This document shows positions 12,346-25,817 of a DNA stretch of 64,000 nt, piece by piece. A program made the translations under genes and the position numbers. The stretch's first letter is position 1. Each line of letters starts with the position of its first letter. This stretch comes from Cenococcum geophilum (Eukaryota), in assembly GCA_050273025.1 (NCBI GenBank), contig CP158635.1, forward strand, positions 30,628,001 to 30,692,000, given 5' to 3'. The notes beneath the pieces were generated by a model, which saw nothing but the letters and a program-made list of their open reading frames with translations, ran no database searches and had not been told where the DNA came from.

Positions 12346-13629
12346 GTAAACTAAAGACTCGATAGTACCTAAAAAACCTTTATCCGTCTAAATAACAATA
12401 TATAGTATTTTTAGGCAATAGCTACAGGACTACAGCTACGGCGAAGATATTATTTACCACTAATGTTACAGAGCCCGACAATATTAGCTATCCGGACCTA
12501 TAAATTCCATTATTTCTATATAAGCTATAGTAAGAAAGAAAGGGAAGATTAAGGGTAGTACTAGTTAAGTTAAGATAACTAAATAAGTTAGTACTTAGAA
12601 CTATAATATCCGGTCTTAGGTATATAAAGTTCTAACTAATATCTAACTTAAGCTGCCGCCTGGAAGTCTTATATTCATTATTAGGGTAACGTTAAAGGGC
12701 TAGGCCGGATAACGGGTATTAGTAATAATATAGATAATTTAAAGCCCGCGAAGTAACTAAATAGAAAGCCCGTATCTTATAGGCTAACTACTTATCTTTA
12801 ATGGCTTTTGAAAGTTTATTTCTAGAATTCCTTTTAATATCTCCGGTTTCCTGTTAAATAGATATATTAGTATAAGCCTATATACTACTAGGGTACGGAG
12901 AGCTAAAATACAGTTAAAGCTCTTTAAATAATTTACCAGAAAAGAACGGGTTATTTAGGTCAGCCTATAGATTGGCTAGCTTAACCTTAATATTTTACCC
13001 TAGCTTATAAAGATTAGGGCCATCTCTACCTAATATACCACCGTTAATCTACGTATTAGCATCTCCTTTATTTATAGCGGCTAAAGAGGCTTTAGGTATC
13101 TAGTCTCTAGAAGGCATTATAATACGGCTTTTAAGAGAGCCCGCTTTACGCTAGGGCACTAGACGCCATATTATAGGTAGAGCTTATAGTATTTATATAA
13201 GGCGGGATACATTTTTAGGTAGTATGCGTTTAGAGAAATTAAGGCTAAGGTAAGCTTAACGTAGCTATATTTTTAAAGATAAAGAGGCTATAGTATCGGT
13301 TTAGGCGGCTATAGAAGTTTAAAAGATTAAGCAAATAATGGCAGGAAATAGAAGAAAAAGGCGCGTAAATGAGAGTACGGTATTATAGGGCTAGAGTAAT
13401 AATAGCTGTGTTATAGATGGCTTAATATATAATTTAGACTACGGGACTTATATATAAATAAGTCCAGTAAATATCTTTAATATAAAGCGTAGTAGCTATA
13501 AGTAGGATCTAGGATACTAGTTTTGGGTTGCCTGTATAGTAAATATAACAGCTTATCTAAAAAAAAGTTGCTTTATTAGTGATATAGCTTAAAAATAGGT
13601 TATACTTTAGGTGAAAGGGTATTCTAAAG

Positions 13630-13950
13630 CCTTATTTTACGCTTATAGGATAAAATACTATATTATATTTTACTTTATTTTATATAATCTTAAACTTTTT
13701 ATAATATCTTAGATTATCCCTACCTCTCTCTACTATATACTTTACCTTATCTTATACTTATAGAATAAAATACCATATTATATTTCACTTTTTTTTATAT
13801 AATCTTAGACCTTTTATAATATCTTAAATTATCCCCCCACCTCTCTCTGCTATATATTTCACCTTACCTTACGCTTATAGAATAAAATGCTATATTATAT
13901 TTCACTTTTTTATACAATCTTAGACATTTTTTAATATCTTAGATTGTCCT
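13630..13950. repeat. ~116-bp tandem repeat, about 2.7 copies
   Basis: cttatagRataaaat recurs at ~13642, ~13757 and ~13874. Confidence 0.8.
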
Positions 13951-14429
13951 AAACTTATTTCCCTACCTCTTTAGAGCTACTTTACTAACTAGTTATAACA
14001 CAAAGAATAGAATTATTAGCTCTCTTATTATTATATATCTAGTCTAGTTACTTAAGTATACCTATTAGGACATCTATTATCCTATCTATAACTCTTTAGC
14101 TTCCTATATAATATATATAACAACTAACGTTCTAAGGCTTCTACTATAGTAGTATAATTTAGCCCCTAAATTTAATATCTAGATTAGGCATAGCTTTGGG
14201 AGAGCCTAGGCCTTCTATAAGTTATATAGATTGGTCTAGAGCCTTTAGAGTCTTTAACAACTCAGATAGGCACAAGGGACACAAAATACACTCTTTTCTT
14301 CTCTTCTTACTAACTGCTTTCCTACTAATTTCTACTAACTAACCACGACCGACTAACAGACCTGATAGCACTGTAACTTACTATCTAAGAGGGACCGCGT
14401 ATATTACTATATATGGCATTCTATATAGG

Positions 14430-17400
14430 GATGACGGCAAGCTCTTTGAATTAGAAGTCCAGCGCTATATACACAGGAGACGTATAGGAACATGCTGCAG
14501 CCATAGAAGGACTAAAAACTATTAAGTCACCATTACCGGAAGCCGTTAAGTCACTAATAGGTGCGGAAATTAAGCACGGAACTACTAGCGACGTACACGC
14601 AGATATTACCATTATTAGGATAAGTTAATAACACTTTCGGAGATTATTATCTAAGACTTATAGTGAACGGAATAGATGACTAGGAGTAGGAATGCGAGTA
14701 TAGGGTACGGCAGGACGGAGGATAAAAAAGAGGGTTATAATGCATCAGAACCAGTAGAAAGAAGTCTTTAATTTTTTATTTACTATATTTGCAACGGTCT
14801 ATATAATTCTTCTGGCATTTATATAAGCCTCCCTTAAATTTATAAGAGTAATAGTAATAGGACTAATAAAGGGAATACTAGGGATGCTAGGCCCATTCTA
14901 TAATAACGGCGGAGAAGGAAGCAGGCAGCCTATTAACCTATAAAGTTTTCCTAACCTAGAGGATGCGGTACTAGACCTAACTCCTATAACATCCAGAACT
15001 AATAACCTTTAGTAAAGAGAGAATAAGAACTAGGAGGTTAACTTACCTATCCTAGAAGAAACTGCTAGTCCGTTGCCTTATAATAAACCACTAATAGAAT
15101 AAGATAAGGTATATATTATAGCCCAGCCTATACTAGCTCTAGGGACTCTAGGGACTCCTTACTTTACGGAACAAAACATATCGCAATTTATTAAATAGTA
15201 CGAGCAACTATATATTTAGCACTGTGTTATAAATAATAAAAAGTATTAAGGACTTCTGGAATATTGCGACTATTAAATAGGGACCTAGATCCGAAGTCTG
15301 CCTAAGTTTATTATTAAAAGATAAATAGAACTTATAGAAAAGCTTTAGACAGACTACTAAGGAAGTAACTACTTTTAATAAGTTAAGACGATAGAATTTT
15401 TAGAAGCGTATATACTATAGTACAGGAACAACCTACCTAGTAGTATACGCAAGTACTGTAAATAATTCACACTAATTTCCTAGAAGGTTACTAAAGCTAG
15501 TAATTTAGAAAACCGTAAATAAGGATACTAGTTTGTAAAAGGACTCCTATTTAAATATTAAAAATATACTATAACTAAGACAGGAGCTGACCCGAATAAA
15601 CAAGAGTCTTTTAACTTCCACCTACTAAGGAGGGCTGTAAAAGACAGGCTTAATTCGCATAAGGGCGTAGACCGCTTATTAATAATAAACCCTAAGGAGC
15701 AAGGTCTCCGTTAGCTGGTTAAACAATTCCATAAGTAGCAGCCGGCCATATTAAACCAGAGAGATGCTACTCTTTAGCCGCCTATAGTCTCTTAGCTAAA
15801 TAAGTCGGTAAGTGCCCGTTAAATAACCTAAGAGACGGACCCTAAGCTGGAGAACCTTACTAGTCAACTCCAGAAGCTTAATCTTAAGACGGTTAAATTA
15901 GTAAGAGTTATATCTTCAATAACGTTCCTTAATAGGATTCGCTAAGACCTAATATAGTATATACAGCTTCTAAATAAGGCGTTAGTGCGTTAAGAATAAG
16001 CAGGTCTATAACCGGTAATAAATAACAACAGACTACTACTGTCCTATAAGGGGGCGCTATAAAAGCGATATAAGCCAGGCCTAGGAAGGTATAGAGGACT
16101 AGGAAACTTTAGTATATACTAGGCATAAAATAAGACGTATATAGATATAGAGGCCCTTATCGTTTTATTAACTAATACTTAGAGCTTTAAGAACTAGTTA
16201 GCCGGGGGTTCCTATATATAAACAAAAACAACCAAATCTATACTAGAACACGTTAGCGCCTAGGAAATCCACTCCCATATTTACCAAGCAACTATTAAAT
16301 TTAGTTTATTAAAGATTGGCTAAGGCAGAATGCGAATATCAATCCCAATATAACGGCGACAGGCATCCAACCAAACGCGTCCTTAGTAGAGCTTATAGAA
16401 AGTAACGGCGCTAAAAGCAAAGAAGAGCTCGGCAAGTCTTAGGAAGATGTGTATTAAGTAGAGTTGGTATATATTAATCTAATAGGAGCAGCAACCTAGT
16501 TATAGCCTATAACACGGTTATACAATCTTAGGAAGCTAAGAGGAGACGTAAGGGTAACGAAACCACCTCCAAAACCAACTGGTTCGTAACTAGCAATAGT
16601 TTAAAATATATAACCAGAAGGACATATCTAAATCGCACTACGACTATAGCGGCAGGCTCCCCAATCACTAGTAAGTAATAAGAAGACTAATAAAATGGAC
16701 TATACTAAATAGCTAAGAAGAGAAGTAGAATAAGGAACGGAAGCGACCGCGACCGCTAAAGCACCGCGACTAAAGCCAGTCAGGATAATAGATATACTAA
16801 AAGGGAACGTCCTAAGCCTAACCGTAATAGCGGACAAGATCTTGTTAAAAACTATTAAAGTTATTATTAGTAACTGCCTTATATATATGCCTAAATTTAT
16901 AAGGTTATTCTTTAAGCCGCTCCTACTACCTCTTATAGAGCCCTACTAACAAAAGCAAGAGGGTGTTAAGGCATTTATATTATCGGCGTACCTAACGTTT
17001 TATGCTAATTAAGCTGGCCTAATAACTACGGAGGTAGACTAGATTAAACGGGAAGTAGGATTTACCTAGTTTTAATAATAATGTCTAAAGGTAGAAGCAT
17101 AGATAGGAGATAAAAGGGTTAAGTACTTAATTAACTTTAGAGCGGAGCTTAACCTTATTAAGGAAAGTATGGCTCTATAACATAGCTTACTAATATTAAG
17201 TCTGCCTCTATAGTTATAGGGCGTACGTTTAACATCTATAAATAGGACTTAGTCTAAGTTCATTAAATTAGTGTATATAGCCCCTATAGTTATAGGTAAC
17301 GTCTTAATATCCACGACTTTTATTACTGTAGGAGAAATGTCATATAAGGTAATACTTAGTAAGCCGTAGTTAGTAAGGGCTAGACTAATAACGCAGCAAA

Positions 17401-20400
17401 CCGTAATAGGCTAGGTATCTTACATTATTTAATTAAAAGATGGCGGAGTTAAAATAAGGTTCTTAATATCCTATAAGGACGTAATATTCCTTAGACTAGA
17501 TAAAGGAATTAGTATAAGTAGTAGTTTAGGAAACGTATAACCGGTATAACCGCTAAAATTATATCCGGGGTTACTTATAACCCGGCGTATTAGGACAAGG
17601 AGGACGCTAAGGACAAAGAGGAGGGAAATAAGGTATAACTTTAACAAGGGCGTCTACCATTTTAAATATCCGCTAAACAGGGCAATTAACGGGAAGAAGA
17701 GCATAACGCTAAATAGAGAGAGCTCGACAGCAAAACGTTAAAGGAAGTCCTAAAGAAGCACTTAGGAGGAAGGTAGAAGCTAGTATTTAAAGCAAAGGCT
17801 GGATTCCTTATATATTAAATGTTAAAGATAACGGATTTATTTATAATATAAATAGAAGGCTATAAAAGCAAGGCCTAATAGAACGCTATAAGTGTAGCAA
17901 CTACGTATAAACGAAAGGCAGAGAAAGTCTGCCTAGTTAATTCGTTAGCACTAGACAGAACGGTTATAGAAGGAATAATGGAGTGGTAAGAAGTGGCCTT
18001 GCGTTAGCAAAAGGCGTCTATTTAAGGGTTGCCCTTTAATCCATATAATTATTTCCTTAAGCCGCGGTATACTAAGCTAGCCTATAGTATACGGCTAAAG
18101 CTAGAATAACTAGAGCGCGTAATTATAGGGGACCTCTAGCCAAGAGAACGAGAAATCTTTAAGGCCATATTATTTAACTAAGAAGAAGCTCTAGCATAGG
18201 AGTTCTCTAAGATAGGTTATATTAGTAGAGACGTAACTCCACTATTAAAGATTAAGACTATACCGTATAAAGCATAGTAAGTGCCAAACTTCCCTATACT
18301 AAGGGCCCTATAAGGGGAAGTAATAAATATATTATAAGAACGACTAGCTTAAGGGACTCTAGAATATTGCAAAAGCCTATATAGGAATCTATAGTTTCTT
18401 ATAAGTAAAAAGGAATATAAGAAGTACAGGCTAATTAATATAGTAATAAATATCAACCGAGTAACTATTAGGGACGTAAATCTGCCGCTATATGCTAATA
18501 AGTTTTCTAAGAAGTTTGCGGGGTGTAAGGTTATATCTCTAGTTGACTTCTTCTCTAAATATAACCAATTGGAGCTAGATATAGAAAGCAGGAACCTAAC
18601 GGCCTTTATAACACCTCTAGGACTTCTATAATAAATAATAGTACCTATAAAAGGAACGAATTCGGTAGCCTAGTTTATAAAGACAATTACTAAAATTCTA
18701 GAGCGACATATCCTATACTATACCTTGCCGTTTCTAGATAATATTATAGTAAAAGGGCCATAGATAGTATATAATGGAGAAGAGAGCTTTTTAGGCATGC
18801 GTAGATATATTCTAGAACACATTATATAGCTAGATAGAGTACTTACAGATTTAGAACAAGCTAGGTGTATAATCTTAGGCGTAAAGTCTTATTTCTATAA
18901 GGACGAGATTATAGTAGTTAGTTACCGCTATAATAGAAAGGGGCGATATCTAAAAGAGTCGAAAGTTACAAAGATTATTTACTAGAGAGACTATAAAGAT
19001 ATTATATCTGCCTAAGCATTTATAGGAGTTATCATATATTACTAAATATAGGTAGAAGACTTTGTAATAAAGGCAGAGTTAATCTTCTAACTGCTATAAG
19101 TAAACATTCCGTTCGTATAGGGTATAGAGTAAATAGCCGCTATAAAGACTCTAAAGTATGCAATCGCTATAGCACCTACGTTAGTTTAACTAGATTATAA
19201 TAAGGGGGCTAGGCTAATTGTTCTTGCTATTAACGGATATAAGAATAGGTAGAGATGCGGTCTTATATAACTAGACGTGTAAGGTCATCGCCACCTATAT
19301 TAATATAAAAGCGGCATCTAGTCTCGAGCGGAGCAGAAGTATAATTTAGGAAAGCTTAAATATTAAGTATTACTATATATATTAAAGAAGTGTCAAGTAT
19401 ACCTATATAGCGTCCGCTTTATAGTTAAGGCAAATGCGAATACCTTAGTCGCGTAACTAAATTATACTGCTACCGATTTACTAGGAGCCTTAATAACATA
19501 ATGGCTAGCATAGATTTAGTTATGGGACTTTAATGTTAGGCATATTCTAGGGAAAAAGAATAGCCTAGCTAATAGACTATTATAATAACCACCAGATAGC
19601 AAACGACCTAATAAGCCGACTAAGGATATTAAAGAGTTCATTAACTGCGAACTAAGTGCTTTAGAATATATAGCTAGCCTAGTTAAAATAGAGATAGATC
19701 TACTACTGGAAGACTCGTATTTAGGGGAGTCTTAGAAGATTGCAAAATGGCTAGTAACCTTACGACGTCTAAAAGAAATAAATACTAAAGAATTTAAAAA
19801 GTTTAAACGACATACACTAAAATTCCTAGTGCGTAATTGATAGCTCTTCCGCCAATAGTTAAAAAATATGCTAATGCGAAGGGTAATTAATAACGAAAAT
19901 ACTCAGTAAGAGATTATTAAGAACCTTTATAATTAGAGTAAATATTATAGACAAGAAGGAATATATTAAAGAGTCTTAAATTAATATTAGTGGCCAGGAC
20001 TATGGGATTAGATATTATAGCATATTAAGTTATACCTATAATGCTAGAAACAATAGCTAGGATAAAAAGAAGAAGCAATATACCCTATATAGGAGTCCAT
20101 TTTATAGCACTAAGTGACCGTAGATATTATATTTATACTAATAACTTATCTCAGTTTCTAATACCTAGCTACTACTCGAGAATACATATCTAGATAAGTA
20201 GAAGCTTAAGCCCTTTAGAAAAAGGATATAAAAAGCGTAGCGAAGTTTCTCTATAAAGATATTATCTATAAATGGGGAGTATTCGGACAGCTTTCTATAA
20301 ATAGTAGTAGAGAAAATGCTGATATAACCGCTGCGTTTACGGAGCTCTATAATATTAAAAGGGTTATAGCTTCCGTATATCACCCGTAGGGACAAGGCTT

Positions 20401-21154
20401 AATAGAGCGAGGATATAAGCCTATAGTAAACGCTTTAGCAAAGATAGATAGCTTATAGCTAAATAATCTCTATACTGTTTTATAGGTAGATAGAACAACC
20501 GTTAAGCAACCTATAGGAATAACACTAGCGAGAGTTATATGCGGATATAAGCATGTCCTTCCTATTAAACTCTACATACCTACTTAGTAAATACTGCCCT
20601 AGTAAATAGTCCGGACTACTATAAAGCTACTAATACTTTATATAAAGTAGTTTAACTAAAGAGACATAAATATATAAGAGGCTATTGCGCGTATAAGACA
20701 ACTAAGGGAGGCAAATAAAGAATATTTTAATAATATCCGCCGTGTTCGCTAGGACATATTTAAGGTTAGGGACATAGTTATACTTTATAACGCGTAATTT
20801 AAGCAAGACTATTCTAGCAGTCGCAAGTTAGATCTAAAGTGGCTAGGCCTATTCCGTATATATAAAAGTTACCCTTATAAAGGATAATACTTAATTAAGG
20901 ATCTTAATAGTATACCATTTCGTGATTAAACTCTAGGAAATAGATTAAAGAGGTTCTATTAACGACAGATATCTAAGGTCCACTAGGAAGACTAGCTTAA
21001 CTAATTAGGCGGAACTATACTATAAGAAATAATAGCAGAGCCAGAGCCTAAGAAAGATATATAAAATCCACCAGTATCGCAACACCACGTAGTTTAAGAA
21101 GTGCGTATTCTAGAAAGATCGTTTAATAAAACTAAATACGAAACATTTAACTAG
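14430..21154 (+). pseudogene. gag-pol of gypsy B (RIPped)
   Basis: De-RIPped: protease LIDSGAELNLI ~17125; RT VDFFSGYDQ ~18542 and PFLDDIIVKG ~18728; RNase H HIPGKKNGLADGLS ~19541; integrase HDQSGH...C..C ~19925-20045 and AYHPQGQGLIERG ~20375. gag start approximate. Confidence 0.9.
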
Positions 21155-21598
21155 GGGACAGTTAAGTTCTACGGCAGGGGAGGGGGTATAGATAACAGCC
21201 GTGCAATCCTTTTATTTACCGTATTTCCTAAAGCTCTTTCTATTACGCATTCTTATTTACTTTTTTAGTTAGGAATCTAATATATATTAATAGTAAGGTA
21301 AGGGTAGAAGAATGTTTACGAATAACTATATAGTATTATTTACTACAAAGATATCAATTTTACTCACCACCTTCACCGAGCTAATAGCGATTTTCTATAC
21401 TGGGCATAGAAAATTATAATTGGTCTATTTAACAATTAGAGCTAGTAGAACTCTACACTGCTACCTAGATTTAGTAGACTATTTAAATTAGAAAACCCTA
21501 TTTAGAACTTTACCTTTTTACCCTTAATAAACCTTAAAGACAGTTATAATTAACTAAAGTAGAAACTAAGCAGAATTAAAAATAATAGTATACTTATT

Positions 21599-24500
21599 AT
21601 ATCTTTATCTAGCAGACCACTGGTCCTCTATAAAGGAGCTAAGTAATAAATTAGTAACGTTCTAACGGAAGTCAAAGGCTTTACGGTTAATTAGCGTTAA
21701 GTAGTACTCATCCAAATCTATAACGAGATTTTGCTCTTATAAGAAAACTACGCAGATGCGGCTAGTGTAGTAGTTAATTTTATTAACTAAGATAACGGAC
21801 TGCAAATATCTCTAGGAAAGGACATATTTATATTAATCTTTAAGAACATCTCTAACGTTAGCAAAATGGCTAAAGATTAGAAAAACTAATATAATAAAGC
21901 TAGAGAAACTATCTAAAAGGCCTAGGGATAAGATATTCTTAACGGACCGCTAAAATACGCAGTCTCCTATAACTTCCTCTCCGCCGTCTAAAAGCTCGCA
22001 ATATACCCACTTCTTAAAGTCATAGTAAGAGTTAATAAAGCTCTAATTAATAGGCTTAAATATCTAGGACATGGCATCTAAAACACTACTTAACTACAGC
22101 TAACCAATTTTGCGCTCGTATTTAAGATATCAGAAAGGGCAATATTAGACTAGGTAGTAAATAAGTATAGTTTAGGAAGATATTTAACTAGCTTCCTTAT
22201 TCCAAATAAGGACCTGCCGCTAAGAAGTAGGAGACTAACTACCGTGGGACTAGAGGTTACTAATGTAGGAATTAGACAAGCAGGAGAGAGCTTAGCTCTT
22301 ATACTATAAATATATTTACGGCATACTTCTAACGTAATAAATCCCTTAGCCTTTTAGCTATCAACACCTGTTTAAGGAGGAGGCGTTAGCATTATACCAA
22401 GTCCGTCCTAATAAGGATCGCCTATATTAGTCAACTTGCCTTTATTATCTATAAATAAGAGCATTCTCGCAGCTGGAACGCCTATTAGCTCGCCCCCATA
22501 GCTGCTAGTATCTTTATTAAGAAGGAATCTAAAAAGGGGGCTAATGATTACTCACCCGGAAGTAGGAGGGCTAGGAGTAAAATTAATATTTAATAAGAAT
22601 ATTATTAAGCCGGGAGATAATGTAGAGTATATTAAGGAGGCTGTAGATACTATAGCGGTACTCTGTATAAAATAAGGATATAACTATAAGAATAATATGC
22701 TAGCGCATTTTAAGGTGTCCCTAAATTAAACTACTAAAATTAAACTAATAGAGGTTATAAAGCTCCTACGCAGCTAGTATAGGGCAGCTAGTTTTAATCT
22801 AGAGATATATAAGGTCTGCTAGATATATACTTAAGCAATAGGAGGATATATAGGTTTAGCGATAAAAGGTCTAAACTATACCGCACTATATTACAGACTC
22901 TGTTTAATATATCACGCCTATAACTACCTTAGCACCATAAAGACCGATCCTATTATATACTTCTAGTTTAGAAAGGCTTATAGACCTCTAGTTCCGTCTA
23001 ATTCCTTAGGACCGTATAAGTTTATTTATAACTTAGCGCCAAGGTTTTTCTATAATAGAAAGGCTTTGCTTAATTAAATAATATCACTAAAAGACTAAGA
23101 AGTATGGCAGTAAGAAAAATCCGTAATTTTGAACGTGTTTGGATAGTAGTGGGATTCTAGCATCTTAATAATAATTAACGAGGAAATGCGTATATACCGC
23201 CATTATTAGCGTCTAATTAATGGGCGGCTAAATTATAGCTAGTTAAGAACGATGGTTTATAGTCTCTACTAGCAGCTAATAAGATAAGATCCTTAGTATT
23301 ATCATCTCTATTATACTCTTAGACCTAATAGTTATTGGCGGCTTATTTCCTACCCTTATTATACGAAATTCGCGGTTAAAGGAGACTCTACAGCGTTCCG
23401 CCACATTAACGTTAATATTCCCTCGCTCCTTAAAAGTAAACGCGGTGCTAATATAATCTAAGGAAGCATTTCTCTAGATAATAAAACTAAGGACAACTGT
23501 ATAATTATCCTACCCAGTATATATTATTACTTAAAATTATAGTAGGCAGATCTTAAAGCGCGAGGATTAACTAAGGGCGATAGATTCGTGTATAAAATCT
23601 CGGACTATAACTGGACTACTAAGGATGTAAAGAAATATACAACTAACTAGGTAGCTCAGCCTTATAAGAAAGGAGATATATATATAACTATGCCTTACCT
23701 TCCTTATAGAGCAAAAGGACCTTTAACTGGGACCCAGCAAATAATACTACTATAGTTTATTAGTATTTAGGACAATTATAATAACCTTAAGGTCACGGAA
23801 AGAGGAACCTAGGTAGAGCTGGCAGATGCATACTAAGACTTAAAAGCGCCGCCCTATACACTATCTAGACATACTAATCTTTATAGCGCAATCCTATACC
23901 GCTTCCCTACTATAGTTAAACTTATAGCTGCCAGCGCCTTATCTAACGCTCTTTTAGGTAGACGGCGATAGGATTTTTTTTTTTTTTTTATATCCGTTGT
24001 ATTATACTACGTACAATACTGCGCATGCAGCCTCTAGGCTATGGCGCTATAGTTCTATATACATGAATCCTTCCTAGGCAGCTTAACATGTACTAGTAGC
24101 TAAGTGGACACTCTGGCCCGTTTTTAAAATGCTAGGGGAGCTCTAGCGACTGGTGTTTTTTCGTTCTGGTATTTTGCTTACTATGGTCCAGTTTACACCA
24201 AGAAAAGGAAATCCTGGCTCTTTTATCTATTTCTGCCGTATTCTGCCGTTCCTAGAGTAGAAAAAGCGCTCTAAAAGAAAGATTTTTATTAAATAGTTTT
24301 GCACTTAAGAATAAGAGGCGTTACAATAGCTTGCTAGCTTGGAAGCAGCTACCAATTACCCCTAAAGCGACTTTTTATCCTGTACCCTATCTCTTCTCCT
24401 TGCTAAAGAAATGGGTAGGGAATTAGTAATTAATAGGTACTCTCCCCAAAAATAACCTACTAATGGTATTTTATAAGGGCGAACCTCGTTACATAAACCC

Positions 24501-25100
24501 ACTCCCATAGGAAAATTTTCACGAAGTTGTCTTGTATAGGGTATAAACACCAATTCGCCTATACACCTTAGATTTAACGTGCACGGCGATAGGATTCTTT
24601 AGTGGTAATTTAAGATTATAACCTTCTTCTTAATGGTAATAGGAACGAAGTTAGGAAATAAATGTATTCCTACTATTTTAGGGCTGTTAAAAACTATAAG
24701 GATGCGTTTCAGCTTATATATACAACCGAAATAGAGCGCTTTAATAGCCGCTTATACTTCTACTGCGTTAATAATGGAATCGATTCTTTAACTATTGCAA
24801 TAAACCTAAGTAGAGTGCCTCTGGTTATTATAGAAGGATAGAGTTATACAGAGTTGCCTAAAGAATTATAGGACAGAACTAAGTAAATAGAAGGGCGCGA
24901 AAGAGCTATATTATCTAAGAGCCACCAGTCTAAAGTCTCTTATACTGCTTAGCTAAATAGACAAGAACGGTCTTATTTAACTAGAACAAAGTCTCCTTGT
25001 TTACTATCTTGGGTTTATAGTAAGGGCAAGGAACGCATACGATTACCTACCGCGCCTTTATTTCGAAGATAAGGAGTTTTAGAGTTTCGGAAGTCGTTAG
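21599..25100 (+). pseudogene. Extra ORF of gypsy B: long protein with a C-terminal PhyH-like 2-oxoglutarate/Fe(II) dioxygenase domain
   Basis: De-RIPped: FRHIDVNIP (HxD 23402-23410), MIQGSISLDDETEDNCTIILPGMH, KKGDIRITMPHLPHGAKGPSTGTRR (distal His ~23705), ALSDALLGRRRWD. Interrupted at 23976-24582. Confidence 0.75.
23976..24582 (-). mobile_element. 5'-truncated non-LTR retrotransposon (LINE 3' end or SINE-like) with poly(A)
   Basis: Poly(T) on + strand at the left end; 14-bp TSD ACGGCGATAGGATT (23962-23975 / 24583-24596); 3' end shared with 46561-46702. Confidence 0.85.
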
Positions 25101-25817
25101 GGGACAACGACTTAGGTAGGGGAGGTATATAGTAGTATAATTTGGCCCCTAGATTTAATATCTAGATTAGGTATAGCTTTAGGAGAGCCTAGGCCTTCCA
25201 TAAGTTATATAGATCGGTCTAGAGCCTTTAGAGTCTTTAACAACTTAGACAGGCATAAGGGACACAAAATACACTCTTTTCTTCTCTTCTTACTGACTGC
25301 TTTCCTACTGATTTCCACTAACTAACTACGACCGACCGACAGACCTAATAGCACTGTGACTTACTATCTAAGAGGGACCGCGTACCCCACTACACTACTA
25401 CGGATTATACTTATTTTTATATGCCTTACTATTCACATCTTGTAATTTTATTTACTTAGTTAGTAGCGTAAATCTTATATCTTATCTTACTACGCACCTT
25501 TTATTCCGTTTTTTACTCTAAGTCTTATATTTTATTTTACTGCTTATATTAAAGCTTATATCTCATCCTACTTCTTATATTAAGACTTATATTCTATTCT
25601 GTTTCTCGCATTACTCTTATATTACTCTTATTAGAATCTACTATTGTCTTAAGTTAACACTATTAGTATACCTTCTTATTATAACTATTAGGATTATCTT
25701 ATTAGATTATTACTAATTATCTAATACATTATCCGCTTTACTGTCTTTATAAGTCACTCTATACTATTTTATATAAAACTTTTACCCGCTTATAAATATA
25801 TAGAGTCCTTAACTATA

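Larger units (their letters stand above)
14145..25394 (+). mobile_element. Long (11.25 kb) Ty3/gypsy LTR retrotransposon (family B) with an extra 3' ORF
   Basis: 267-bp LTRs 14145-14411 and 25128-25394; 4-bp TSD CTAC (14141-14144 / 25395-25398); TGG-type PBS at ~14414; PPT aggtaggggagg before 25128. Confidence 0.93.

Noticed and set aside
12400..13300. Possible minus-strand gene upstream of the transposase
   Set aside because: Coding-like frame but no recognisable motif; boundaries cannot be supported
21599..25100. env-like or TET/JBP gene
   Set aside because: No transmembrane or signal features seen; motif spacing fits PhyH-type enzymes better than TET/JBP
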